A DNA stretch of 32,000 nucleotides, taken from positions 1 to 32,000 of the forward strand of contig JAUWKS010000029.1 of NCBI GenBank assembly GCA_030614005.1, given 5' to 3'. The stretch is from Candidatus Heimdallarchaeota archaeon. Lineage in GTDB: Archaea; Asgardarchaeota; Heimdallarchaeia; JABLTI01. Below are positions 1 to 8,365 of this stretch, piece by piece. A program made the position numbers and the translations under genes. A model generated the notes under the pieces. It had not been told where the DNA came from. It saw only the letters and a program-made list of their open reading frames with translations, and made no database searches. Numbering within the stretch: position 1 is the first letter of the stretch; every line of letters starts with the position of its first letter.

Positions 1-149
1 ATACCCTTTCTTCTTTTTAAATGCCTCTTAGAATAGCTGTACGAATAGTTAATTGTTCAACTATTCTTTTAAATAAAGGACAATACTTTCAGTAACCTCT
101 TTAGCTAAATGAAATATATTCAGCTAATCAATAATAGTATGAAGAAAAA

Positions 150-356
150 ATGCTCTCAAAAGAACAGTGCCTCACAAGAAAAGCATACAAAATACTCATA
201 GCTGACTTGCCAAAGAACGAATTAGAGAAAGCGCTGGAACAAGTACGACAAGTAACAAAACCAACCAAGAAGAAACCACTGCACTTAACCACAAAAGTAA
301 AGATCAAACCAACTCCAGAGCAAGCAAAAGTTCTCTGGGTACTAGCAGAAAATTGT
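150..356 (+). pseudogene. tnpB: 5' fragment of an IS200/IS605-family TnpB (N-terminal HTH_OrfB-like segment), truncated at a junction
   Basis: LTTKVKIKPTPEQAKVLWVLAENC resembles the TnpB N-terminus (K(V/I)xIxPTxEQxxxLWxLxExC-R-xxYN). The reading runs directly into inverted alaX sequence at about 353-357 and stops soon after. Confidence 0.6.
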
Positions 357-496
357 CCACCACCTGTCGGATAAAAAATAGTTTTATCCAAAACAACTCC
401 TCTTTTAGTTATATCAACTATTTTTGCTTCAAATTCTGTCAAGTAGGAATTGTTCCAAAATAAAAGCTCAGTTTTACCATCAGCTAAACTTGGCAT
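353..496 (-). pseudogene. alaX: 5' fragment of alanyl-tRNA editing protein AlaX, truncated after the GGGQ motif
   Basis: TELLFWNNSYLTEFEAKIV...VVLDKTIFYPTGGGQ is the typical AlaX N-terminus. Sequence after GGGQ is the antisense of the tnpB fragment, and no HxxxH editing motif follows. The ORF-track call 128..505 is therefore chimeric. Confidence 0.85.
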
Positions 497-554
497 CTTT
501 ATCAAGTATGTGAATTGCTCTTCCCTTCTTAACTTTTATTGAGGTTTTAGCAGA

Positions 555-2873
555 TCAGAGGGATGCTGAAATAATACCTATCAAAACAACAAAATCCTTG
601 ACGGGTAATTCATCAACCTTTTTACCTTGTGAAACTTTTTGTCCTTGTACTTTGCAAAAGTTAGCAAAATTGTACAGATCAGTAGGCATCTGTTGTACTT
701 CACCTTTTAAAGTATCAATAACTGAATTGAAAATTTGAGCAGATTCACCTGCAAATTTACTTGCAGCAACAAAGTATTTTTCAGCCTTCACTCTTTCTTT
801 TATTCGAGCATATTCTTGTGCTTGAACTATCGCTTGGCACGATTTGAAAAACAACATTGAACCCTTTGTATGTTCTCTTTTCTTTAAGATATATTCCCAA
901 TCAATTAATTCATTTGATATAATGGGATATTTTTGATTGTGATCTACGAGATTATTGTAATGTGAGGTTAGTCTGTTCCAAATAGTTATCATTGAATCGA
1001 ACATTGCACCATGGTTTTCAATAATTAGAACGGCAATGTCTCGAGGTATTTTTGTTAAATCCATTGTACATAGGATATCTGGAAGTGTTCTCAAAAGATA
1101 GCGAGCAAAGAAATATTGATTTCCCGCTTGCAAAATTGTTGTTTCTTTCAAATGACTTTGAATAAACGTTCGACTAAACTCTCGTTCTATAAATTGCTTT
1201 AGCTCAGGCATAACTTTTCCTTTTGAAATATTATCGAACGATTCTTTTGCACATAAATGACTTTTAACGAGTAAAGTCAATGCCTTTGTAGCATTTTTCT
1301 CTTTTAATCCCCTTAATCTATAAAATTCACTATTAACGATGTTCAACATTGACTTGCTTTTTGCAATTAGCGTTTTTCTATCTTTAACAAAAGATGGCAT
1401 GAGAAGCACTGAAATTAGTATTTCTTGTATTTTCTCTGGTTCTTTCTCACAGAAGGAGTTCTTTATTTCAATATCTTTTGCATCATCACTCCAGTCTAAC
1501 TGCAAGAACGAACGACCAATATTATCAATTCGGCCTTTGAATATTAATCCAAGTCTTTTGAAACCCTTCTTGATTTCTTTTTGAATGCGCTCAAATGTTA
1601 AAGTTTCATGTTTGCTTAGAATTTTTAAGTTCTCCAAAACGAAACCAACGGTATTTAAAAACGCCGATTGACTATAAAATTCAATATTAGCTAATGGAGC
1701 CTCTGATAAAGAGGTTAAACTCTCTAATCGAGTTTTCAATTCTTTTTTAGATAATTTTTGTGATGAAATTTCTATTATTGAACACGACAATGCCAATAGA
1801 GTGGTGAATAATTCTGTGAACTCGAGATTAGATTCGATTTGGTAAACAATATCTGAAGAAGAAGTAGATTCGACAGAAACCTGTTTCAACTCGCTGAGAC
1901 TTTCATTGAAATGCTTATTAGCTAGCATGAAATAATCATACGCCTGTTGATGAGTACCCGAAATTAAGGTGTTTATTGCTAATTCAAGGAAATGTTCTCC
2001 ACGAGCGAGTAAAGCTTGTCCTTTACATAGTGCAATCTCAAAATCAATGGTCATCAATAATCCGGGGTCAATAGGATTTTTTAGTAAAATACCTCGTGCT
2101 TCTGCAAAGTAGCTCTCTGCTTTTGAGAAAAGACAAAATCGAAGAATTTGATCATCCCACCAAAAATCCTCTTTTGCAATAGTGAGAATTTTTGTATAGT
2201 TATCTTTGTATAATGTTCCTCTATATCGCAGATTCCTTATTTTTCGCTCAAGTAGAAGCTCTCTATGTTCTTCATTCTTACCTTTTTCAAAAGAGGCTAA
2301 TTGTTCACTGAGATTTGATTCAAAATTAATTTTCCCAATATTTACAAATATCTTTAGGAATTCTTCTTCGAACATTAATTCCTTACCTAAGCTGAACAAA
2401 ATCAGATCCGAAAGTTCTTGTGCTTGTTTTGCATATTCTTTAATCATTGAGGGATCTTTAGGACCGTTGTAAATACCTTCAATAATAGTTTCATAGTAAA
2501 GTAAGGAAAGTGCTCTGGCAAAAAACTCTAACAGAATCGATTGATCACGAGATTTTGTAACTACTTCAAGTGCCTTAGGGTTTTTTCGAAGTGACTTGAT
2601 ATTATCCATTAAAGTTTCTTGATATTCATATCGCTCTAATCGAGAAGCAGTAGCAATTTGACTTAATGAGGAAGCACAATTTTTTGCAAAAACAAGCCAA
2701 ATATCGCCTAATTTTTCCATTTTGGTTCCTTCTAAGGATGTAAACATTTCTTTTCGAAGAGCATCAAAGTCCACTAAACGATCAAAAAGTTGATCTTTTA
2801 GAACATCAAACAATTCAGATTTTGACATGCAATTTTTCCCCGGCACTTTCTCTAATTTGATTCTTCTAATCAC
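555..2873 (-). CDS. Large alpha-helical (TPR-like) hypothetical protein, 772 aa
   Basis: Long uninterrupted ORF with helical Leu/Ala/Glu/Lys-rich composition; no catalytic motif recognised. An alternative ATG start lies at 2828. Confidence 0.8.
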   Translation of the reverse strand: MIRRIKLEKVPGKNCMSKSELFDVLKDQLFDRLVDFDALRKEMFTSLEGTKMEKLGDIWLVFAKNCASSLSQIATASRLERYEYQETLMDNIKSLRKNPKALEVVTKSRDQSILLEFFARALSLLYYETIIEGIYNGPKDPSMIKEYAKQAQELSDLILFSLGKELMFEEEFLKIFVNIGKINFESNLSEQLASFEKGKNEEHRELLLERKIRNLRYRGTLYKDNYTKILTIAKEDFWWDDQILRFCLFSKAESYFAEARGILLKNPIDPGLLMTIDFEIALCKGQALLARGEHFLELAINTLISGTHQQAYDYFMLANKHFNESLSELKQVSVESTSSSDIVYQIESNLEFTELFTTLLALSCSIIEISSQKLSKKELKTRLESLTSLSEAPLANIEFYSQSAFLNTVGFVLENLKILSKHETLTFERIQKEIKKGFKRLGLIFKGRIDNIGRSFLQLDWSDDAKDIEIKNSFCEKEPEKIQEILISVLLMPSFVKDRKTLIAKSKSMLNIVNSEFYRLRGLKEKNATKALTLLVKSHLCAKESFDNISKGKVMPELKQFIEREFSRTFIQSHLKETTILQAGNQYFFARYLLRTLPDILCTMDLTKIPRDIAVLIIENHGAMFDSMITIWNRLTSHYNNLVDHNQKYPIISNELIDWEYILKKREHTKGSMLFFKSCQAIVQAQEYARIKERVKAEKYFVAASKFAGESAQIFNSVIDTLKGEVQQMPTDLYNFANFCKVQGQKVSQGKKVDELPVKDFVVLIGIISASL

Positions 2874-3046
2874 AATACGTTAAACTTTATCTAAATTAAA
2901 TGGTTCCCAAGAGGCAAATGGTTTTGTAGTCTTATTGTAGGTGTTTTTGTTTTTCTTATAAATAGTATTCATTTAATTCACAATAAATTAGATTAAACGA
3001 AGAGATTAATTAATATCACTCTGTAGTAAAATTGGTGTTTTATCCA

Positions 3047-4057
3047 ATGAAATCAGAAATTGAGAATTTATTTTCAGATGAAATATTGAATCAATCTATC
3101 GAGTTTTTTGAACTAGAGAAAGATAAAACAACGAAAATCGATTCATTTGAAAGTTTCATTTTTGAGAGTGTTTGGAAGGGAATTCCTTGTATTTTGAGGA
3201 TTACGCATAGTTCACATAGAAATATAGAACAAATAAAGGGAGAACTCGATTGGATAAATTATTTAGCAGGAAATAGTGCTCCTGTCTGTGAAGCGTTTCC
3301 TTCATTAAACGGCAATTATGTAGAGAAAATTATCTTACAAGATTCCTCGTATTTTTTAGTCGCCATATTCAGAAAAGCAGAAGGAGTAACCTTAAACAAA
3401 AACAAGCATCTACTCACTGAACATCTAATTATTGAATGGGGAAAATTGGTTGGAAAACTACACAGGTTAACCAAAGAATATTTACCATCAACTAAAGAAA
3501 ACAAAAGACCTATGTGGAGTGATTATATTCCTAATATCGAAGAGTATCTCAATGAAGAACCAGTTGCATTAAAGAGAGCTAAAGAAATTACAAAAACAAT
3601 TAGAGCTTTACCTAAAGATAGAGATTCATTTGGATTGATTCACTATGATATTCACCAAGCAAATTTTCTGATTAACAATGGGAAAATTTCTCTCTTTGAT
3701 TTTGATGATTCCGAATATAGTTGGTTTATTGCAGATATTGCAGTAATTCTATTTACTGTACTATGGGCGAAATTAAATGGTGAAAAAAGTAGAGAAGAAT
3801 TCATCATTGATTTTTTGAACAAGTTTTTGATGGGGTACAATCAAGAAAACGAGCTTAGTAATTGGTGGTTGAATAAAATACCTGAATTTCTTAGAATGAG
3901 ACACATCCTACTTTACGCTGTAATTATTAGAGAGCATAAACTAAATCCAACAGAATGGTCAAAGAAATTAATCGAAGAATGGAAATCAATGATAGAGAGC
4001 GATATTCCTTATGTAGCCCTAAAACCCAAAAAACACCTTAAAATGTTCGTTAATTAA
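3047..4057 (+). CDS. Aminoglycoside/choline/homoserine-kinase (type II)-like phosphotransferase (APH family)
   Basis: Brenner-type motif LIHYDIHQANF, metal-binding LFDFDD, and ILRITH in the N-lobe. A GGTG RBS precedes the ATG at 3047. Confidence 0.88.
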   Translation: MKSEIENLFSDEILNQSIEFFELEKDKTTKIDSFESFIFESVWKGIPCILRITHSSHRNIEQIKGELDWINYLAGNSAPVCEAFPSLNGNYVEKIILQDSSYFLVAIFRKAEGVTLNKNKHLLTEHLIIEWGKLVGKLHRLTKEYLPSTKENKRPMWSDYIPNIEEYLNEEPVALKRAKEITKTIRALPKDRDSFGLIHYDIHQANFLINNGKISLFDFDDSEYSWFIADIAVILFTVLWAKLNGEKSREEFIIDFLNKFLMGYNQENELSNWWLNKIPEFLRMRHILLYAVIIREHKLNPTEWSKKLIEEWKSMIESDIPYVALKPKKHLKMFVN

Positions 4058-4135
4058 AGAAATACCTGAAAATACTGGGAATCTTTTATTTATTATTATT
4101 GAAATTCTATAGTACGGAAAGCTGGTGATTAAAGA

Positions 4136-4318
4136 ATGTCTAAGAAAACAGAAGTCCCAAAAACAATCAAAGTTGGGAATGAAAGATTTTCATTAATTAG
4201 TAAAGGTATGACTAAAAAAGAGGCAGAAAAGAAAGCTGAATGGCATCGATATAAAGGAAAAAAAGTACGTACCAAAAAGTACGGTGATAAATACTACAAT
4301 TATTCAAAGAATAAATAA
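4136..4318 (+). CDS. Small basic hypothetical protein (60 aa)
   Basis: RBS GGTGA upstream, Lys-rich coherent ORF, followed by an A8/T8-type inverted repeat at 4339-4356. Confidence 0.7.
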   Translation: MSKKTEVPKTIKVGNERFSLISKGMTKKEAEKKAEWHRYKGKKVRTKKYGDKYYNYSKNK

Positions 4319-4586
4319 CACATATGCTGAAGTAGATGAAAAAAAGCCCTTTTTTTTACTTTATTCGATTAAAGTCCATCTGAAAAAACTTTATTTATTT
4401 CAGTTTCATTTATTATAAGAGGTTTATAACTAAGGATAGTATTTTGTAATTCAAATATAGTAAAGAATCTAATTTGCAATAGGACATCAATAAACACAGT
4501 AGACAATTATAGTCGTAAACTTGAACTAAAATGCAATTGCTAGCTTTTGGAAAATTAATCTCATTAATAATATTGGAGGGCAATAA

Positions 4587-5228
4587 ATGAGAAAAAAAAC
4601 TATGATTGGAATTTTTGGATTAATAATTTGTTTGATGATAATACAGATTTCACCTATTAGAGGAGCAAATTTCAAACGCGATGATCCATCGGGAGATGTG
4701 AACTATCACACGAATTTTACAATAGCTAGTTATAGCTTGAATGTTTATCCTGAAATTGATCTTACATCGCTTGAAATCGAGGGAGAAATAATAACACTTT
4801 CTTTCGTTGCAGCACCAGTAGCCGACGCCAATTATTTATACAAAATTTTTATTTTTTGGATAGGTGATGATGCAGTTGGTAACTGGACAAAATATCTATT
4901 TAGTGATTCAGAAAACTCTGTACACACCAGAATTGAAGATAGTACAGGTGGAGCAATAATGGATGAAACTCAAACAGGAGTAATAGATACAGCAGGACTA
5001 ACTATGCTTCTACCAATATACAATAGCTCAATGATTCCTAATATATCGAATCCAGGAGCAGTATCTGTATTCACTTATTATTATGTTGATCAGGAGGGTG
5101 GAGAATCGTATCAAGACGATATAATCTATGTCTCAGGTTTATTTCCAGGATTCACTTTTTGGATTACAATGACAGGAATAGCCACAATAGCAGTAATAGG
5201 ATTAATAATTAAAAGGAAGAAAAACTAA
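4587..5228 (+). CDS. Secreted surface protein with signal peptide and PGF-CTERM-like C-terminal anchor
   Basis: N-terminal MRKK plus hydrophobic stretch. C-terminal FPGF, a transmembrane helix and a KRKKN basic tail form the archaeosortase-type tripartite signal. RBS GGAGG. Confidence 0.8.
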   Translation: MRKKTMIGIFGLIICLMIIQISPIRGANFKRDDPSGDVNYHTNFTIASYSLNVYPEIDLTSLEIEGEIITLSFVAAPVADANYLYKIFIFWIGDDAVGNWTKYLFSDSENSVHTRIEDSTGGAIMDETQTGVIDTAGLTMLLPIYNSSMIPNISNPGAVSVFTYYYVDQEGGESYQDDIIYVSGLFPGFTFWITMTGIATIAVIGLIIKRKKN

Positions 5229-5325
5229 CCTTCTAATTATTCTTCTATCTTTTTTTCGTAATGCAAAAGAAAAATAAACAGAACAGCAAATTTAAAAAGA
5301 GAAAGCTCAAAAAATAAATCAATAC

Positions 5326-5465
5326 GGGCGTGTAGCTCAATGAGTTTGGAAGCTTTCCAAAATCAGGCAAAGCTAGGTAGAGCTCTTGGCTTTTAACTAA
5401 GAGGTCGCGTGAGAATCAGGGTTGTGATCCCAGTTCCGCGAATTCAAATCGCGTCACGCCCGCCA
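5326..5465 (+). tRNA. tRNA-Lys(UUU) with two non-canonical introns (about 5340-5371 at 14/15; 5412-5442 at 53/54)
   Basis: Removing 32 and 31 nt gives a 77-nt cloverleaf: GGGCGTG/CACGCCC, GCTC/GAGC, CTTGG-CTTTTAA-CTAAG, GCGTG-TTCAAAT-CGCGT, G-CCA. TATA-like TTTAAAAA at 5291; T-run downstream. Confidence 0.9.
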
Positions 5466-5527
5466 ATTTTTCTATTTTAGATAACTTTTATTACTGCTTG
5501 CTTTATTTACATTTAGAGGTTATTTTC

Positions 5528-5758
5528 ATGGATACTTTTGAAAAAGAGATTATTGAAATAGAGGAGGAAATTCTTGATGAAGCTAATGTTACAACACACA
5601 AAGAACGATTCAATATTTTTCGACGCAATTTCAAAAATCATGCACTTAGTGTGAGGATATTAATTGGTATTCTTATAATCAGTAGTATTATTCAGATAGG
5701 ATTATTAATTGCAATCTATATTCTAGTAAAGAATATTTTTATTCAATTATTGATTTGA
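5528..5758 (+). CDS. Small single-pass membrane protein
   Basis: RBS GAGGT before the ATG at 5528; acidic N-terminus and C-terminal hydrophobic helix ILIGILIISSIIQIGLLIAIYILV. Confidence 0.7.
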   Translation: MDTFEKEIIEIEEEILDEANVTTHKERFNIFRRNFKNHALSVRILIGILIISSIIQIGLLIAIYILVKNIFIQLLI

Positions 5759-5847
5759 TTTCTCTTTTTTTTTTATATTCAAAATATGTATGTAGCGAAT
5801 TCTTTTTAATTTTCAATTGAAAATTATTTACACATGGTGAATTAAGC

Positions 5848-7275
5848 ATGAATGATTTTAAAATAAAAAACATTGAATTACTAATTTCTCAATCAAAGGA
5901 AAGTGAAGATATCGATCTCCGTTGTAGTGCTCTTGAAAAGCTCGGAGAATGCAAAGAGAATTTTGATATGGTTGTTCCGGCAATTACTTCCGCTTTGGAT
6001 GACGATAATTGGCTTGTTCGAGCTGAAGCTGCTAATGCCCTTCGAATTATTGGTGAGAAAGCTATACCAAGTCTTGCTGCTTTAAAGAATGCTATCTTGG
6101 AACCACGTAATAAATCAAAGAAAGGTGTTTTTCGTTCTGCAATAATCGCTTTAGAAAAGATTCAAACAAGTGGACCTGATGCTACTGCTTCTATTATCGA
6201 GGAACCGAAAACAGAAAGTGAAATTGTTCCTACTGAAGAAACTTCCTCTGAAGTTGTTGAGCCAACTGAGCCAAGCACTGAAATCCTCCAAGAACAAGAT
6301 ATAGCTGAAGATAAAGAGGAAATTGAAGAAGAAATCGAAGATTTCATAGAAGATTCAATAGAAGACTCTCTTGAAATTGCTGTTGAAGAAAGTACTGAGG
6401 AAGAATTTGATGATGATGTTTTGGAAGACATAGCAGAAGAAATTGCTGAAGAAATCACTGAGGAAATTATCCAAGAACCTGAAGAAGTGAAAGAGGAACC
6501 GGTTCAAGAAGTATCCGAAGAAGTGAAAGAAGAAGCTGTAGAAGATGTTTCTGAAGCAGAAATTGGTGAAGATGCTTCAATTGAGGAAACTTCTGACGTA
6601 GTTGAACCTTCTATTGAAACTAGTTCTGAGGTTATAGAAGAACAAGAAATTATTGAAGAAACACCTCGAGTTGATGAAGAAGAAAAATCAAAATCAGGAG
6701 ATTTCACCACTAGGAAGATGTCCAAGACTATAATGAAAATCATTCTCGTTGGCGAGGGTCCAGTTGGAAAAACATCAATTCGAAGGGAATTTGTTGGTGA
6801 TGATTTTACTCATGAATACAATGAGGTTTTTGGAGCGGATATTACTTCAAAGCAACTTGAAATTAATAATGAAGGATTCGTTTTCCAATTCTGGGATGTT
6901 GCTACTGGTGATCATTCCTACTTTAGTAGTGAAATTTTCTTTAGAGGAGTGAATGGTGTAATATTGATCTATGATGTTTCACAAAGAGAATCATATGACA
7001 ATATTAAGAATTTAATCACTGAAATAATCAAACTTGAAGGAAAAGAGCTAGTTTTTGTCCTGGTTGGAAATAAGATTGATCTTCGTGAAAATAAAGAAAT
7101 TGAGTGTGTAAGCAGTCAAGATGGGCGTAACTTAGCTAAAACGCTCTCATTAGTGTTTGGTATAGATGTTCCTTTCTTTGAAACCTCAGCAATATCTAAT
7201 GATGGAGTAGATGATATGTTTAAGACATTCATAGAAGAGGTCACTTCTCAATATTTCAAGAGAAAGGAAGATTAG
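5848..7275 (+). CDS. HEAT-repeat / acidic linker / Rab-like small GTPase fusion protein
   Basis: N-terminal HEAT (PBS-lyase-type) repeats (LRCSALEKLG, WLVRAEAANALRIIG), a long Glu-rich linker, then G1 GEGPVGKTS, G3-like WDVATG, G4 NKID and G5 ETSA. Confidence 0.9.
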   Translation: MNDFKIKNIELLISQSKESEDIDLRCSALEKLGECKENFDMVVPAITSALDDDNWLVRAEAANALRIIGEKAIPSLAALKNAILEPRNKSKKGVFRSAIIALEKIQTSGPDATASIIEEPKTESEIVPTEETSSEVVEPTEPSTEILQEQDIAEDKEEIEEEIEDFIEDSIEDSLEIAVEESTEEEFDDDVLEDIAEEIAEEITEEIIQEPEEVKEEPVQEVSEEVKEEAVEDVSEAEIGEDASIEETSDVVEPSIETSSEVIEEQEIIEETPRVDEEEKSKSGDFTTRKMSKTIMKIILVGEGPVGKTSIRREFVGDDFTHEYNEVFGADITSKQLEINNEGFVFQFWDVATGDHSYFSSEIFFRGVNGVILIYDVSQRESYDNIKNLITEIIKLEGKELVFVLVGNKIDLRENKEIECVSSQDGRNLAKTLSLVFGIDVPFFETSAISNDGVDDMFKTFIEEVTSQYFKRKED

Positions 7276-7288
7276 ATGTTCCTTTAAC

Positions 7289-7320
7289 GGAATTCATCCA
7301 CCTGAATTCCCTTTTTATTT
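7289..7320 (+). terminator. Hairpin plus T-tract terminator
   Basis: GGAATTCA-TCCACC-TGAATTCC perfect 8-bp stem followed by CTTTTTATTT, just downstream of the GTPase stop. Confidence 0.65.
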
Positions 7321-7416
7321 TATTTCAATACTACTTTTTCATAAAATTATGATCTTAGTCACAATAAGTGACCTCATTTAGAGTCTCCGTTTTGAGTGCC
7401 TAAAAAGTGAATTCGC

Positions 7417-7424
7417 TTTATATA
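7417..7424 (+). promoter_or_regulatory. TATA box of the small-peptide operon
   Basis: TTTATATA about 50 nt upstream of the ATG at 7473, preceded by a purine-rich BRE-like stretch. Confidence 0.5.
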
Positions 7425-7472
7425 TCAAACAAGGTGTATGTTAATTACGAACAAAACTCGGAGAATAAAAAA

Positions 7473-7562
7473 ATGACCAAAACTAAACAAATAATCAAAC
7501 AAAACATCAAGAAGGATTACGAACAAACCAGAATCAAATTCGCAATGATTGCTGGCCAATAA
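7473..7562 (+). CDS. 29-aa peptide P1 (MTKTKQIIKQNIKKDYEQTRIKFAMIAGQ)
   Basis: GGAG RBS upstream; paralogous to P2; below the ORF-track length cutoff. Confidence 0.7.
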   Translation: MTKTKQIIKQNIKKDYEQTRIKFAMIAGQ

Positions 7563-7587
7563 AAGAACAAAAATAAGGTGATAAACA

Positions 7588-7674
7588 ATGACCCAAAAAT
7601 ACCAACTCAAAAAGAAAATAATCCAAGATAAAGCAAAAGCTAGAATGAAATTCGCACTCATCAATGGAGTATAA
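7588..7674 (+). CDS. 28-aa peptide P2 (MTQKYQLKKKIIQDKAKARMKFALINGV)
   Basis: AGGTGA RBS 6 nt upstream; shares the MT start and the C-terminal R[IM]KFA[ML]IxGx with P1. Confidence 0.72.
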   Translation: MTQKYQLKKKIIQDKAKARMKFALINGV

Positions 7675-7699
7675 CCTTCATTTCCCTGACAGGAATAGC

Positions 7700-7721
7700 A
7701 TTCAAGAAAAATTTCTTGAAT
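7700..7721. terminator. Inverted-repeat terminator between the convergent peptide operon and the kinase gene
   Basis: ATTCAAGAAA-AA-TTTCTTGAAT perfect 10-bp inverted repeat followed by T-rich sequence. Confidence 0.6.
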
Positions 7722-7767
7722 CTCTTTTCATTCTAGCTTTTTTTTATGTCACTTTTATAACTGATTT

Positions 7768-8262
7768 TTATGTTATTTTATAACCAAATTTTTCCGCTAA
7801 TTCTCTTCTCTCTTTCTTTTGTGCATCAGTTTCTATTTTCTCTACACTTGTTCCATCTACAGCTCCTAGAATAGCTTTACCCAGCGTTGTTTCTCCTACA
7901 ATGATTTCTATTTCATTTGCAGATGCAACAAATATAGTACATACAGCTGGATGATTTTTTACATGCGGTAGAACATTTATTGGAAAAGCATTTTCCATCA
8001 TAATAACAAATGCATGACTTGCACCGATTGCTAATGCATTTTCAGCAGCCAATTTTTTGATTACAGGATTATTAGCTGTCACTCGAGTTAATTTTGGCAC
8101 TGCTTCGTTCATTGCTACAGCACATTTAATTCCTGGAACGGTAGTCAACATTGTCATAAATAGATTGTCGGTAGTAAAAATAGAGAAATTTGCTTGCCCG
8201 ACTATTACCTGATACTTGAGTTCTGGATTCTTTAGTTTTACATTGGTTATTTTTACTGACAT
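7768..8262 (-). CDS. Adenosine-specific kinase family protein (DUF355)
   Basis: VIVGQANFSIFTTDNL, GIKCAVAMNEA, ENAFPINVL and ILGAVDG motifs typical of this family. Confidence 0.88.
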   Translation of the reverse strand: MSVKITNVKLKNPELKYQVIVGQANFSIFTTDNLFMTMLTTVPGIKCAVAMNEAVPKLTRVTANNPVIKKLAAENALAIGASHAFVIMMENAFPINVLPHVKNHPAVCTIFVASANEIEIIVGETTLGKAILGAVDGTSVEKIETDAQKKERRELAEKFGYKIT

Positions 8263-8365
8263 AATTTTTCCTTCCCTTTGAGTTAATTCTTACTTTGATG
8301 TTCACGCATTATATCATTTTTGTTTGTAAAATAGGAATAGATTCTAATATGTATATAAGACCGAA

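Noticed and set aside
128-352. C-terminal part of ORF 128..505 as a real protein
   Set aside because: It is the antisense of the tnpB fragment; AlaX similarity ends at GGGQ.
6162-6743. Ser-rich minus-strand ORFs
   Set aside because: They are shadow frames of the GAA-rich acidic linker of the HEAT-GTPase gene.
7438-7476. 12-aa uORF (MLITNKTRRIKK) overlapping P1 by ATGA
   Set aside because: Its ATG is only about 14 nt from the TATA box and so probably upstream of the transcription start; the AGGTG spacing is 1 nt; it has no similarity to P1 or P2.
7425-7664. Hydrophobic 79-aa minus-strand ORF as a membrane protein
   Set aside because: The hydrophobicity follows from reverse-complementing A/C-rich DNA. 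RBSs, the TATA box and paralogy all support the two + strand peptides instead.
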